A stretch of 64,000 nt of DNA from Camelus ferus (GCF_009834535.1 NC_045696.1:3534001-3598000), one strand, 5' to 3'; counted from the first letter of the stretch, positions 23,951-37,854 are shown. Translations and numbers: made by a program. Notes: generated by a model not told the origin, from the sequence alone.

Positions 23951-26900
23951 GGCCCCGGGTGACACACTGTACAAACCTGTCACTGCTTCTTCCTTGCTCA
24001 GTCCTTGGAGAGTTAGTCCCCTATCCCCTTGGGGATATAACCCAACTGTGGCCAGGCCCTGCCTTCATCTGCAAACCCATCTAACTCAGGTCGAGCCAAA
24101 CACATTTAACAACAGCGGCTTGGAGCCAGAACCCCCCACACAGGCTGCTCTCACTTCCTAGCCTTTGAACTCCAGCTCTGCCTCTCCCCTCTCTCCGCTT
24201 GGCCTTCCCGCCCCCACTTCCTCTTCGGTCTTGTTTATTTCTACTGACACTCAAGACCCGGTTCAGACCTTCCCAGACCCACGGCTGCCCCTAACAGGGT
24301 CCGTCTCTCCCTCATCAGTGCCGCCACGCACTTGCCACGCTGTTCCGTAACTAAGGGTTGGGGTCCCTTTGTCCATCCCTCTGAACAGGGAGCTCCTGCG
24401 GAGGCCTTCGCCCTGTCTCCCCAAGGAGCAAGAGCCTGCCCCCTGGTGGGTCACTTTTGGAGGTGATTCTAGGGAACAGGCAGCAGCTGGGAAGAAGGCC
24501 CCTACCCCCAGAAGGTATCACATGAAGCTAGTTATGATGTGGGCACCGGGGCCCCCTCCTGCAGGGGGAAGTCCTGCAGTTCCTGTCGCTGCCGGCAGGG
24601 CTTGCCCGGAGCGTACTGATGTCCTGTCATTCCAAGATTCACGTGTGTTCCAGAACAGGTGTGTCATCCATGCGGAGGCAGCAGAGAAACCGGGGCAGAG
24701 ATCCCTGGTGTCACTGAGGCAAAGAGCCACCAGGCTCCACGGACACAGCTGGGTGCCAGGCAGGGCTGAGGCGGGAGGTCGGCCAGGTGGGTAGCAGGCG
24801 GGGCCCAATGCACCTGACACGAGGAGTGGGTCGCAGCTCCCCGCAGGGGTGGCCCGGGTGGGGACTGCCGCGCCGGGCACATTGCCGGCTGCGAGGGTGC
24901 TGAGTGGATGGATGGGTGGACGGAAGGAAGGGTTAAAACAAATAACCTCGTTTTCTTTGTTGGTCTGGTTGTCAGGTTGATGACCAGGAACTAATCAATG
25001 CCTCTCCTGAAGGGCTTGCAGGGCAGATGGGGAACTGTGTCTGAAGCGTACATCCCACACCCCACAGCCATTTGGAGGACCAGCCTCAGGAAGAGAGGCT
25101 GTGGCCCGGGGCCATTCTTGACCGACCCTCCTCAGCCAGTGTAGACATCCATCTCTCCTTTGAAGACTTTGAAGTCATACCGACATCGATCCAATCTGCA
25201 GATAAACTAAACGCTGGAAGGATATCGCATAGATCACGGGCAAGGCCAACCTTCAAAAGAACAAAGAGAAGACTTAGCGGGAGCAGGGAAAAGCCAGGAC
25301 TCTACGGAGCCACTTCACGCGTGGAGCCCGTTAGCTGAGGTCCTGGAATCCTCTTGCCCCCTCGAGGTGTCAGGGCGTCAGAAATACCAGGGCGTCAGGA
25401 AACAGCATTTTGGCCATGTGTGGAGGCAACAGTCTGGGGGCAGCTGGAACAGAACGAGAAGCTGATAGGAAGGCGGTAGGTCTGCTGGTGCTCAGAGGCT
25501 GACATAAAAGTAGAGAGGAGTGCAGACGCTGCTTTTCACCTGAACTATGAAGACATGAAATGAAAAATGCATTGAAATCTAAAGTTACTTCCACGCATGT
25601 TTCATTTTGGAGCCCGTGGTCCCAGCATCGTCCTCTCCCCCCACCCCACCCCCAGCAGTCCGCGCGGTCCTTCCTCTCCCGGGCCAGGAACCCCCAGCGC
25701 CCTGTGGCCCCCGTGCAGGCTGGGAGGGCCCCCAGCACTGCCTGTGCCAGCAAGCGCCCGCTCCCACCCTAACTCTGTTTTCCACGCTAATCCAAAGGCA
25801 CTGCTTCACGGGTTCCCTTCTCTCTCTGCCCCTCTTGATGTAGGTCCCTTCTTACAAGGGACCTCGGCAAAGTCAACTGAACAGAAACCAGGACTGATCT
25901 GGAACCAGCAGGGAGCAGGCCTGTGAAACAGGACAGTGGTTGAATTTCCCTCGGAGTCAAGCAGCCTCTGGGGAGCTGCCGCAGCGTCTGCCTGGTACAG
26001 TCTTAGGTCACCCTGAGGGGTGGGCCGGGCTGCTGGCAGAAGGAGGATTTATGACTGAACGAAAGGGTCCTCAGTGAAACTACAAGGTCTTTTGTGTTTT
26101 TAAAAGACTAGAAATGTTCTTCAAACAAATCATCTTTATGTCGGACCTTATTAAGAGCAGAAGATACGTCATTAATCTTAGCTCCGGGACATTATTCCCC
26201 TGGGGTCTGAAGCAAGGTACTTTTTTCTCACAATTTGATTTAAAACAAAACCAACTTCCGAATCCTGGAAGAACAGCCGCTCAGGACAGCTGTGAGCACC
26301 TGATCCTCTGTGAGCCCAGTGCTGACTATCTAGGTGGCCCCCGTGCCCGTGGGTCTCCCTGCATCCGTGGTGACGTTCACTGACCAGGGCCTAGAGGACC
26401 AACTTCTCTGGCATTTGCAACCAGTCTGTTGCTGTCACAGTTCAAGGCCCTGACTTGTGTTCTCACCCCAGGGACCAAAGCCCGTCTGTGTCCCCAGAGG
26501 GGGGACCACGGGGCGCGTCTCTAGTCTGGTCTGCAGTTATTCGTAGCTCTGTGACGGGAGCCTAGGCTCCACGATGGGCGACTGACAGCTCAGAGACAGC
26601 TGTCTCTGCTCAGTGGGGCTCTCCTTAGGGGACAGACACCCCTACAAATTACAAGTGTGGGAAGGATTTCAGAGGGGACAGGCAGGTGGGGACGCTCTGG
26701 AGTAAGCTAGACCAAAGACTGAACCCTAGGGGACCCAGGCAAGCCAGCGAGCCAGGAGGAGGTCTCTTGGGGGAGCCACTTAGAAACCTAAGGCTGCCAG
26801 GAGAGGCGGGTGGGAAGGAGCCCGTCAGACCCGAGGGTGCAACCCCGCCTGGGCAGGGAGAGGGCGCAGAGGGCGCAGAGGGCGCAGAGGGCCACCGGCG

Positions 26901-28309
26901 GCCCAGCCCGGGGAGAGGGGCGGGCCCTCCTGTGCCGGTGAGCTGTGCTCCCGGCGCTCTCGGGGGAGCCTTGCACAGGTCCTTCGGCTGAGGCCCCCCA
27001 AGAGAGTTGGGAGGCCAGGTCTCCAGGCCTCCAGGAAGGCGCCCAGGCCCCTGAAGCATATGAGTGCCTAAAAGCTGAGGACTGCAGCCCCAGGGAAAAG
27101 CCAGCAAGCTGGCCCACCCCCACCTGTGGGACCTGCCGGCTCTCTCCCCTCCCTTCTCTCCTTCCAGTAAGAACTCCCTCCCCTGCGGTTGCCAAGAGGC
27201 TGCGCAGCCAGCCGAAGTTTCTTGATGGTACCTGAGGGTCTCATACTCCGGCCAGCTTGGCTACCTTTGCGTGTCCCTGAGCCCCGGGCCAGGGTGCACC
27301 CCGGGGAGGACGACGGAGGCAGGGCTGCCGCGAGCCCCGCACGACACCTCTGTGTGTGTTAGAAAAAGGCGTCCCCTCCTGCAGGCAGAGGCGCCTGGAT
27401 GCTCGGCAGCCCCAGTCACCCCTCAGCCCAGTGCCCTTGTGCAGTGAGCAGCCTGAGCAACTGAACAGGAAGTCAGGAGTAGTCGTTCGATTCCACTGAG
27501 GGGGCTCAGCCTCCAAGGCCGCTGCCGCTGCCCTCTCTGCGCAGTGAAAAGTGGCACGAAGCGGTGCCCAGTGCTGTGGACCCTAGGGCCACCCGGGGAA
27601 CTCAGAGAAGAAACAGGAGGGAGGAGGGCAGTTCCCACTGTGTGTGTGTGAATCAGCGACAAAGGAGGGGAGACGGCAGGCGAGCGCCTTCCAACAGGTT
27701 TCAGGGTTTATAGATGTAAGTAAGTGCAGCGTGTAGAGCTTCGGGTTTTAATGTGTTTATTATCTGCGCTGTGTCAGGATGAATAGCCTCAGACTTCCTC
27801 CGATGAGGAGGTGACCCTGCCTGGAGATAGGGCAGTGACCCTCGGTCGTGCTGCCAAGAGCACACTTATTTTAAGTGGGAACTGTTTGAAGCAGGGAGAG
27901 CATTCCGACAGCCCAACTCAGGGCGGCCGAGGGACGTGGGCTGTAGACAGGTCACTTGGGCTGCCTTGCGTCTGAGCCCCTGCTCGGAAAGCCCCTGGAA
28001 CCCTGAGGAGGCGAGGGTGGGGACGGAGGCGCCTGGGTGACCGGAAGTAACGAGAGACAGCACGTGGCCTGTAATTCACGTCCACGTCGGGAGAGCAAGT
28101 CCTGGGTGCCTGTGGGCACCGTGTATATTCAGATGTGTAGGATCTGGGCTCTGGTTCTGGCACTGCCCCTTGGGGGTCTGCCCGAGGCCCTACCTCTTCT
28201 GCCTAGCCCCTTGGTGCCCAGCGGAGAAGTCCGTGTCCCGCATCAACAGGGTGACTTTACATTCTGGGCCAACAACCAAAATTTCACCTGAAAGCTTGCT
28301 TGTTGAGTT

Positions 28310-28420
28310 TTGTTGCATTCATTCATTCATTCATTCATTCACTCAGCCAACAAACATCCATTGTGCCCAAGCCCTCTGACCTGTTTCCTGTTCTGTGCTG
28401 AGCTAAGGCACTGCAGAGGA
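28310..28420 (-). mobile_element. L2 3' tail with (CATT)n
   Basis: cattcattcattcattcattcactcagccaacaaacatccattgtgcc. Confidence 0.6.
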
Positions 28421-28599
28421 CAGGAATTCCTGGTAGAGGGAGGGGAGGAGACACAGAACATGGGATGACAGCTTTCTGCATATCACAAAGAGAGGTGCTG
28501 AGAGGGCTGGACAGAGCCGACCCCAGCAAGGGCCCTGGGAGCTGGGCGGCTGCCAGCACCATGCTTTCACATGTGAGTGTTAGCTGGTCTGGTCCTCTT

Positions 28600-28735
28600 G
28601 GAGCTAATAATAATAACCCCATTTTACAGATGAGGAAACTGAGGCCCAGAGGATGAAATAGCTTGCATAAAATCACGGGAGCCCAAATTTGAACCCAGGC
28701 AGTCTCACCTGGGGCCTGAGATCTTAACCCCCATG
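28600..28735 (-). mobile_element. MIR SINE fragment
   Basis: 'ccccattttacagatgaggaaactgaggcccagagg...atttgaacccaggcagtct'. Confidence 0.8.
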
Positions 28736-30209
28736 GGACACTTCCTGTTATGGGGTGACTTTGCTCTGATCCTGGAAGTGGGAGGGATGTTTGCAGGTGG
28801 AGAGGGGAAGGATGGGGCTGCAGGCAGAGAATGGCCTGGGTGACAGTTATCATCGGATGGGTCTAGAGTTGGAGGGGGCCCTGAAGGAGGCTGGACATGG
28901 CTGGGGAGGGCCCAGTGGGATCACGGGAAAGGGACAGCTTGGCATTTCTTCCAGCTCTACCCTCCTGTCTGCACCACAGGAAGGCAGCCCTGGCCGCAGT
29001 GGAAAGGACCGACCCCGAGGGGGGCAAGGCCTCTGGTGCCCAAGAGCAGACCTGGCCCAGCCCTGGAGGGCTTGGCTGGAGCAGGCCCTGGGCGCACCTG
29101 GGTTCAGGTACAAACGGCAGCTCTAAACCCAACGTAATTTTCGAGCGTGAGCTACAAACCTTTAATCCAGATCAAGAGATGTTACCTGGAAACCTGCAGA
29201 CTCCTGCAGAGAGAACTTGGAAGACTGCAAGACGTGGTCTCAGTCTGAAAGGACTTGGAGTCTAGCGGGGTGTCACACACACACACACACACAGAAACAT
29301 CCGTGAAGAGCCCCGCCACAGGTCAGCACCGCGGCGGAGGCATGACAGTGGAGGGCGTGCAGGCACGGGTCCTGGGCAGCAGTCAGCCGATGGGAGAGAC
29401 ACTGAGGCGGGGAGGACAGGCCAAGGGCCGTAACCGGGGGAGGACCAGTCAGGGGACTGGGCTGCAGAGCGGGGCTGAGCATGTGCCTTGAGGGCATGGG
29501 GGGCTCTCAACGCCAAGACTTAATCCTCAGGGCCCTGGGGAGCCACAGACAACACCTGACCCTCTCGCCTGCGCCCGGCATGTCCGGGAGCTCTGCACCT
29601 GCTGGGGTCGTCAGGCCTCCCAGCAGCCGGGTGGGCCCGGCATCCATGTGCCCGCTTTGCAGAGGGGAGGTGAGCTTGAGCAAAGACAGGTAATGTGTCA
29701 AGGTCACCCAGTCTGGAAGATGAATGGTGGGGGCAGTGAGGGGACAGGTAGCCACACCAGGGGGTCAGAAGCGGGATGGCATGGAGGCGAAAGCAACTCA
29801 GCTGCGGGAGGACCCGCTGGAGAGCCCTGCAGACAGGGCCCTGAGGGGAGGAAGGAAGCAAGAAGCTGCATCAGATCAAAAAGGACAGGGTTTGGGTTGT
29901 AAACCGTCCGTGGGCCGGGGTCAGGGTTGGAGAAACGAGGCTGGGTAAAGATGAATCTGACGTGCCCGTGAGAGAAGGCGGTGCCGCAGGGGCACGGTGA
30001 AGTCGGATGGAAGGAGTATTTCTGTTGTTGGGTAAACATTTAAATGTGTTTGCTGGTCGCCTCTCCAACACAGCACGTGCTCGGCGGTATGAGTTGCACG
30101 GATGAGTGAACGACTCCTCTGCACTTGCTTCCGTGTGTTTAGCAAAGAGGAGCATCACTGGCCGCGGGTGGGTTACTCTGCTCTCCCTGTGACTCACTGA
30201 TGCCTCTTT

Positions 30210-30770
30210 AATAAAGGTGAAATTCACACAATGTAAAAGTCAGCATTTTAAGGTGAACAATTTGGTGGCGTTTAGCACATTCACAAGTCTATGCAGCCGT
30301 CGCCCTAACTCATTCCAGAATGTCTTGATCATTCCAAAAGGAGCCGGTAACCGTCAGGAGTCAGCCTCCGTCCCTGCCCCCCTGCAGCCCCCCTGCAGCC
30401 CCCCGCCCCCGCCCCCGCTGATACCTGCTTTCTGCCTCTGCCTTTGTCTGTTCGGGGCATTTCAGGGAAATGCTGTCACACTCCACGTGGCCTTTCGTGT
30501 CCGGCTTCTTTCACTTACATAAGGCATCAAGGTTCGTCCACGTGGTCCCACGTGTGACTACTTCACTCCTTTCCATGGCTGAACACTATTGCATGGTGTG
30601 GACAGACCCCTCTGTGTATCCATTCACCTGCTGGTGAATTTGGGTCGTTTCTGCGCTCTGGAGACTGTGAGCCGTGCTGCTGTGAACATTCGTGTACAGG
30701 TGCTTGTTTGAACCCCGACTCTCAGTTCTTTGGTGTGTGCACCCAGGAGCGAGATCGCGAGGTGGCACAG
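30210..30770 (-). mobile_element. L1MA/L1MB 3' end fragment
   Basis: 'aggtgaaattcacacaatgtaaaa...gtttagcacattcaca...ttccagaatgtctt...ccttttcgtgtccggcttctttcactt...gtgctgctgtgaacattcgtgtacagg'. Confidence 0.75.
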
Positions 30771-32029
30771 GATCTGCCCAGCTGCCTCCCTCTGTGTTGT
30801 TTTGGTTTGTTTGCTCTGGTATTTATTCAGCTGAAGTTAGAAGTGTTTGGCACGGAGGGTGCATTTAAAGCTGCATGAGTTCTTCCCTCTCATCTCTGGT
30901 TATGTACGAAGAGCTGTCATTTCCCACGCTGAGGGCCCACCGTGCCAGGCGCCAGGTCTCCAACCCCCATTTTGGTGCTTCCTAGTAGGAGCGACCCCCA
31001 TTCCACAGATGGGGAGACAGCACCCGTCCCTGCCCGTCTCTGCTTCCCCTACATCTTCTCAGAGTCGTGAGTGGTGACGTGGGGCCCTTTACTGCTGGTG
31101 TGTCCTGGGGGACGATGCCTGGCCCTCCTTCCTCGTCCATAAGATCAAGCAGTGGTCCCCTCCAACTGGTCTGGTGATCTCGCCCCCTGTTATAATTCTG
31201 CCCTGAGATTACTAATCATGTCCTTTCTCAGTGTGTTGTGACACTCGGTCTGTCAGGCACTGAATTCACATCTGGGTATCTGCTTCCAGGGCCCACACGT
31301 ATCTGGGCAGCCACACAAGTCCGTCTTCATCACACAGCTTCCTAGGATGGGCAAGGACCTGACCAGCTGCCCCAGCCACTCCCCAGTGGGGCCCTTTCTC
31401 TCCTGAATGCCTCTTGCCTTCAGAGTTTCCCAGCCCCTCGCGTGGTCCTCTCCTGCCTTTCTTTCTGGGGTAAAGCTCCTCTCGAGCTTTGCCTCATCAC
31501 CCTTGATACCCACCCCCACCCACCATCTCGGTGCCTCCTCCTCCGAGTCCCCTGTCCTGCCCTCTGAGTGCAGGTGGGGAACCCTGCCCCCCCATCCTTG
31601 TGAGCTGTGGTTCCCCCCACCCCTCTCCTGCTGGCTCCTCAGGGGCCCCTCTTGGCCAAGTGCAAACAGGTCCCTCCTCTGCCACTCCCTCCTCTTGCTG
31701 ACGGAACAAAACCCCCGGCTCCTCAGGGGCCGCCCCAGCCAGTGTCCCTCGGCCTCCAGCGCCCGGCTGCCCCCGAGCCTGCCAGCTTCCAGGGGTCTGA
31801 GGGAGTGTTCCACGGCTGTCTGTCTTCTCCGCCGAGTTCGTGCCCCATGAGACTTGTTTGCTCGTTACTGGGTCCCCAACATCGAGCCCAGAACCTGGCA
31901 CGCACAGGTGCTCCATACCTACCTGTTGCATCAGTGAATCAATGAGCGAATGAAGGGACAGGTGAGCAGACCCCCATGCTTGACCCATGCGGACACCAGG
32001 CACAGTGCTGGTTCAGTCATTGGCGAATC

Positions 32030-32460
32030 TCTTTTTAAATGGTGGTAAAATATACATAGCATAAAGTTGACCATTTCAGCCATTTTCACGTGCACAATTC
32101 AGTGACACTTTGTGCCCTCAAAATGTTGCACAATCATCTTCACCATCTAGTTCGAGAACATTTCATGGCTCCCGCCACCAAGAGAACGCTAGATCAGCAG
32201 CCGTCACTGTCCACCCACCAGGGCCTCAGCTGCTGGGACCACTCATCTGCTTTCTGCCTCCAGGATTGGCCTATTCTGGGCATTTCCTAGAAGTCAAGTC
32301 TTACGACAGGTGCCCTTTTGTGTCTGGCTCATTTCACGTCATGTTTCAAGGTTCACCCACGCTGTACATGGGACAGTGCGTGACTCCTTTCCACGGCTGC
32401 ATGCCATCCCCCCGCGTGGGTGGGCCATGTTGTGTTTATCCATCACCCGCTGAGGGACCT
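32030..32460 (-). mobile_element. L1MB 3' end fragment
   Basis: 'ggtaaaatatacatagcataaagttgaccatt...gtgcacaattcagtg...gttgcacaatcatc...cctattctgggcattt'. Confidence 0.75.
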
Positions 32461-33056
32461 TTGAGTCTCCTCTGTGGTTTCCGCTGCCTCAAGTCCTTGT
32501 CCTTGTGTGGCTGGTCCCAGAGCTACAGGATGAAGGAGAGGTTTCCTCTTGGGCTCATCTGGCATCACCTCTCCCCTGGCTCCTCTTCCCTTGGTCTTCG
32601 CAGGACAGAGCTCATTAAGTACAATGGATGGACCAGCTCTGCCACTTGGCCTCGCGCACCAGGACAATTCTTCTAACGGCCTCCTTGGATGCCCCACAGT
32701 CTAGGCCATTCATCTGTCACATTCCACAGTGGTCAGTCTAGCCGTCCCCAGCAAAAGAGGATGTTCCTTTTGTCACCACTACCCCCCCCATTAGAATTTT
32801 AAATCTCATAAACCCACCGACAGGCGGCATCTCCCATCATTCATCCCCTACCTTGCTCTGGAAGGGAGGAGAATCGTTGGTGAGGAGACGGCCTCTGAGT
32901 CTCTCTCATTCTGGACCTCAGAGCAGGACACAGAGCAGGACAGCCCCCATCGGTCGGCCCCTCGGCAGGGCACGTTTCCACCCTAAACACGCCTCTGGCG
33001 GCAAAAGAATATCATGTAGACCACCCGTGTTTTCCTGTTCCTTCAATTCTGCATAA

Positions 33057-33171
33057 CTATTTTTTTAATTGAAGTATAATCAGTTACAATGTGTCAGTTG
33101 CTGGCATACAGCATAATGTCCCAGTCATGCATATATACATACATGTATTCATTTTCATATCCTTTTCATTA
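33057..33171 (-). mobile_element. Very short 5'-truncated cetartiodactyl L1 3' end
   Basis: Poly-T plus 'aattgaagtataatcagttacaatg'; flanked by direct repeat tctgcataa (33048-33056 and 33172-33180). Confidence 0.75.
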
Positions 33172-34403
33172 TCTGCATAAATTCTTAGATCGACTATTTT
33201 TAAAAAGACAAAATGTAATCCCCAGTTGAGGTGAATTACTGCATCAGAAGAGCGATGGACAAGCAATCCCACCACCGGGACCCCGCTTGGGCCTGGGAGG
33301 CCTGCGCACTGGTGATTTATCACTGCAGAGCAGCTCTGATGATATTTCTTGAATGAATATGTGGGATTTTATAATTGGAGTAAATGCTGCCAGCCAGCCC
33401 TTTACAACAGCTCAGGCTGAAGACCAGGGGATCCTAAGGCCGCATCTGAGGGGGCTGATGAGTGAGGTGTGCTGTGCCCCCTCACTCCTCCTCTCCAAGG
33501 CTGTTCTCAGGAGCACGGGGAGGGCGTGGGAGCAGCCAGCACCCTGGACACACCTGTGACCCCTCAGCTGTGTTGCTAGTAAACCCTCTGGACTTCAGGC
33601 TCCTACCACAAAACGGGAATAATCTTGTCTGCCTTGCCCACATCACAGCATTGTGAGGGCTAAAATCAAAACTGGAGGAGTCTTGTTCCTTGTTCATGGT
33701 TTCAATTCCCTTTAAAGCATCCTTGGTCATTCTTACTCTTGGTTAGTCTCCGTTCAGTCGTATTGGCTATGATTCTGGGTGGTTTCAGCTGCCAACTTTC
33801 CCCAGAGATTCTGTAACTTGGACTCTGTGTTCCATGAAGCACTTAAGCCAAGGGTCTTTGGGGTAACGATGAACGACATCCCCTGCAGAGGGGCTTCTGT
33901 GGGTGCCCTGGGTGTTCCCAGATGGCGCCCCCTTTTATAGAAACATTTGCATGGATTTCTGAGATCACACAGTTAATATAAATGCACACTAGCTTCCTTG
34001 ACATCATCCTTCCCTCCCAGAGCATTCTTTTTCTGGTTTTCTTTTGAAGGGGTCTGTTCAAGGTTGGTGGGGTGGGGGTCTCATTCCCACCAGCTCTTGT
34101 TTATGTGCTCCCCGTGGTCTTAAACCCCCAGCACCTTGGTGACAGAGACCTCAGAGCCTGCCCTGCCCTGTCCTGGCCCAGAGCAACTGGCGCCTGCACA
34201 GGAAACTGCCCTGGCTTCTTCCCCTTCCTGCGGGGAAGCCTTGGACCCTGGCCGTTTTCCAGTCAAGCTCAGCCATTCATTTGAAAGGCTGCTGGTGTCA
34301 CTCCCTGCGGCATTCCTCCGCGTGTGGGGGCAGGACGGCTCCCTGGATGTTTTGCATCCCATCTTGCTGGACACAGAAGCATGGAGTTAAAAATATACAT
34401 GTA

Positions 34404-35186
34404 AGAAAATGGCCAACAAGCACATGAAAAGATGCTCAACACCTCTAACTACCAGAGAAATGCAAATCAGAACCACAGTGAGGCATCACACCAGTCAGAA
34501 TGGCCATCTTCAAAAAGCCCATAAATGACAAATGCTGGAGAGGCTGTGGAGAAAAGCAAACCCTCCTACACTGCTGGTGGGGATGTAAATTGGTGCAGCC
34601 ACTGTTGAGAACAGTGTGGAGATTCCTCGAACAACTAAAAATAGACTTACCCTATGAGCCAGCAATCCCACTCCGGGGCATCTATCCGGAATAAGCTCTG
34701 ATTCAAAAAGATACATGCACCCCAATGTTCACAGCANNNNNNNNNNNNNNNNNNNNNNNNNNNNNNNNNNNNNNNNNNNNNNNNNNNNNNNNNNNNNNNN
34801 NNNNNNNNNNNNNNNNNNNNNNNNNNNNNNNNNNNNNNNNNNNNNNNNNNNNNNNNNNNNNNNNNNNNNNNNNNNNNNNNNNNNNNNNACAAAGTGAAGT
34901 AAGTCAGACAGAGAAAGACAAATATCATATATCATTTATATGTAGAATCTAAAAAAATGACACAAATGAATTTATTTACAAAATAGAACTAGACTCACAG
35001 ACATAGAAAAGAAACTTATGGTTACCACAGGGGAAAGTGGGGAGAGGGATAAATTAGGAGTTTGGAACTAACAGATGCACACTACTATATATAAAATAGA
35101 CAAACAACAAGGACCTACTGTAGAGCACAGGGAACTACATGCAATATCCTGTAATAATGTATAATGAAAAAGAATCTGAAAAAGTA

Positions 35187-35238
<52 letters not shown>

Positions 35239-35284
35239 TTTGCTATACACCTGAAACACTGTAAATCAATTTTTAAAAAATATT
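34404..35284 (+). mobile_element. 5'-truncated cetartiodactyl/camelid L1 (ORF2 C-terminus + 3' UTR), spans an N gap
   Basis: ORF2 end motifs ([34 protein letters not shown]), L1 3' UTR, internal (TA)n at ~35192-35234; TSD aaaa[t/c]atacatgta at 34390-34403 and 35285-35298 at a TT/AAAA site. Confidence 0.9.
34737..34888. other. Assembly gap (N run)
   Basis: N bases. Confidence 1.
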
Positions 35285-36098
35285 AAAACATACATGTATG
35301 AATAATCAGGAACTGCAGTGCTTCGAACACACTCGAGGCAGGACTATCCTGTGTTTGAACAAACAGAAAAGGCGGGGCTGAAGCAGGACCATTTTCTCCC
35401 CTGGGGGCCAATCAGCTGCCGCCTTCCCATCACCAGGGGAAGAGCCAGAGTACTTCCCTCCCCAGACTTCCTGCTTCATCTCTGTGACCCCCTCCCTCCA
35501 GGAGAGTCAGGCTGTTGGGGAGGGAAGCTGGGGTCGCAGGGAGTGTCCCCCTCCTCTGCCGGCTGGCTCCCCCATCCCTGGGCTCAGCCGGGCTCCCTGA
35601 GGGGGAGCCAGCAGAGCCTCCAGAAGGTGACTCTGCCAAAAATGATGCACCAGGAGAACGCCCGTGATGACCGCAGGTGCTCACAGGTGCAGTCACATCC
35701 CCTACCCTGAGCCACATGGGGTGACGCCGGCACGGTCAGAACTGGTGAAAAATGAGACACTGCAGTAAGTCGGTGGGAAAGTTGGTGGGACATTCCACAG
35801 GTGTCACAGGAAGGGTCCCATTCGGGACCACCCGGATTCCAGTCCAGCTCCACCACCCTAGCCCACATCGTCCCTGCCCAGCAAGCCGAAGGCACTTGTG
35901 TTTTCCTCCTTCATCACTAGATCCATTGCTTCCAGACTCCAGTATTTTCTGGACCAGCAAAATTGTTTACTTTGTCTCATTGGACTCCTTGGCGAGCCAC
36001 TGGGATAGATAATATCGTTTGTAATTAGCACATTAATTATTTGCAGGTAAACGGGTGTTCTCGGGTGATTTTTAAAGCCCTTTAATAGTAGTTTCCTT

Positions 36099-36422
36099 AA
36101 AAAGAAGACCCTCATGAACTCATCTGCAGAACAGAAACAGGCTCACAGACACAGTAAACAGGACTGTGGTCACCGGGGAAAGGGAGTAGGGAGGCGTAAA
36201 CTGGGAGTTCGAAATCTGTGCACATTAACTATAGTGCACATAAAATAGGCAAACAACAGGTTTCTTCCGTGCAGTGCGGGGAACTACATTCAACATCTTG
36301 TAATAACCTATAATGAAAAGGCATATGAAAACGAACACACGCATGTGTGTGTATGACTAAAACATGATGCTGTGCACCAGAAGCCACTGGCTACACTTCA
36401 ATAAAAAATAAAAGTTAAAAAG
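36099..36422 (+). mobile_element. 5'-truncated cetartiodactyl L1 3' UTR fragment
   Basis: L1 3' UTR motifs ending caataaaaaataaaagttaaaaa; perfect 16-bp TSD taatagtagtttcctt at 36083-36098 and 36423-36438. Confidence 0.85.
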
Positions 36423-37667
36423 TAATAGTAGTTTCCTTCAACTCTCAGAGGCCACGTGTCCCTCCAGATACTTAGCTGATTCTATCCTGGTGACCAGGAA
36501 GCCTTTTCCAAAAAAAAAAAAAAAAAAAAAAAAAAAAGCACATAATGCAAAGGAAAATTTGGGGCCCAAATGAAGGCAGATGTTGATGACATGGAATGCG
36601 CCTTGACGGGGTGGGGGAGGAGCTTCCAGGGCTCCCATCCTGGACGCCAGAGCCACAGCCCCCTCTCCAGCTCGGGGGCTTGGGACCAGCCATGAGCGTG
36701 CCCGGTGCCACCCCATACATCAAATCCAGCTTATTCTGAAGTCAGCACCGGGAATGGCCAGTCAGTGGGACCCAAGAGGCATATCTGGAGGGTTCTGAGA
36801 AGCTCAGAGCAGTGCCCAGGAGTCTGTCCCCAACAAGATGGCCCCAAGGCGACCACCCCCAGCTGGAGCCTCTGATGCAGGTCACAGCAAAGTTGCAACA
36901 AGGTGGCAGAGGGATGGTCTGTCTTCAGTGCCTTCTCTCCACCCCTCAGTGTGCCCTCCCGCCAGGCCACCACTCCTCTCTATGAACCTGACCTCTCTAT
37001 GGTGGACACATCTGATTCTGCAGCCGTGTGACTTCAGCTAGCAGTGGACGTTCAGGTCAGCATTGTTTTGAGTCAGGGACAACACACAGTGTGGGTGACT
37101 ACCTCTTCAGAAGGACTTTTTCAGCATATAAAAAAATATGGTTAAATAGCTTCATTCATATATAGGCCCAGACCTTGGGTGCCAGCAAACGTGCCCAATC
37201 ACCCTGCTCTCAGGCAGACACACAGGAGGCTTAACTGAGCCACCTGGCTGGGACCGAGCTGCCATCTGGGTCACATTCCTCTGTCCACCTGGTGTGGGCA
37301 CGGAGTCACAGGGGCAGCGTCATCAAGGTGGCCAGGGCAGGCTCCTGGCAGGTGGGCCGGCCAGCAGCCGGCTTCCAGGCCCTGCGTCTGACCCTGCGTC
37401 ACCGCGTGAGGTCACCGGGGAGTGACAGCACATCCTGTTGACTGCTCCCCCTTCGGGTGAGAGGTGAGCGGCCTGAAGGCCCTGCAGGGGTGAGGCGGGA
37501 GAGGGCTGGGACTCTCCCCCTCCAGCCACCTCCACAGCGGGCACTGGGGCAGGTTCATGTGTCTTCCCCAGAAAGGGCTTGGGACCCAGCAGAAGCTCCA
37601 GACAAGTCCCTCTTGTGTGAATGAACCTTAAATGAACTTCCTTCCCCTCTGGGTCTGAAAGAATCCA

Positions 37668-37721
37668 CATCTCCTAGACTTCAGGACACAAAAGCATCTC
37701 CTAGACTTCAGGACACAAAAG
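37668..37721. repeat. Perfect 27-bp tandem duplication
   Basis: catctcctagacttcaggacacaaaag x2. Confidence 0.95.
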
Positions 37722-37854
37722 GCAATTCTTCTTTCGACAGATCTCTGCCTGAGCATGGGAGAAATGGGACCCTTCATTTCTAGCTATTAACATTTTTCTA
37801 TTTTTAGCAGAATTTGTTTGCTTTATAAAAGTTGATGGAAAGAACTTGGGCTTT

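Noticed and set aside
26859-26891. (agagggcgc)x3 repeat and the ORFs through it
   Set aside because: Simple slippage repeat in GC-rich intergenic DNA with no sign of coding function.
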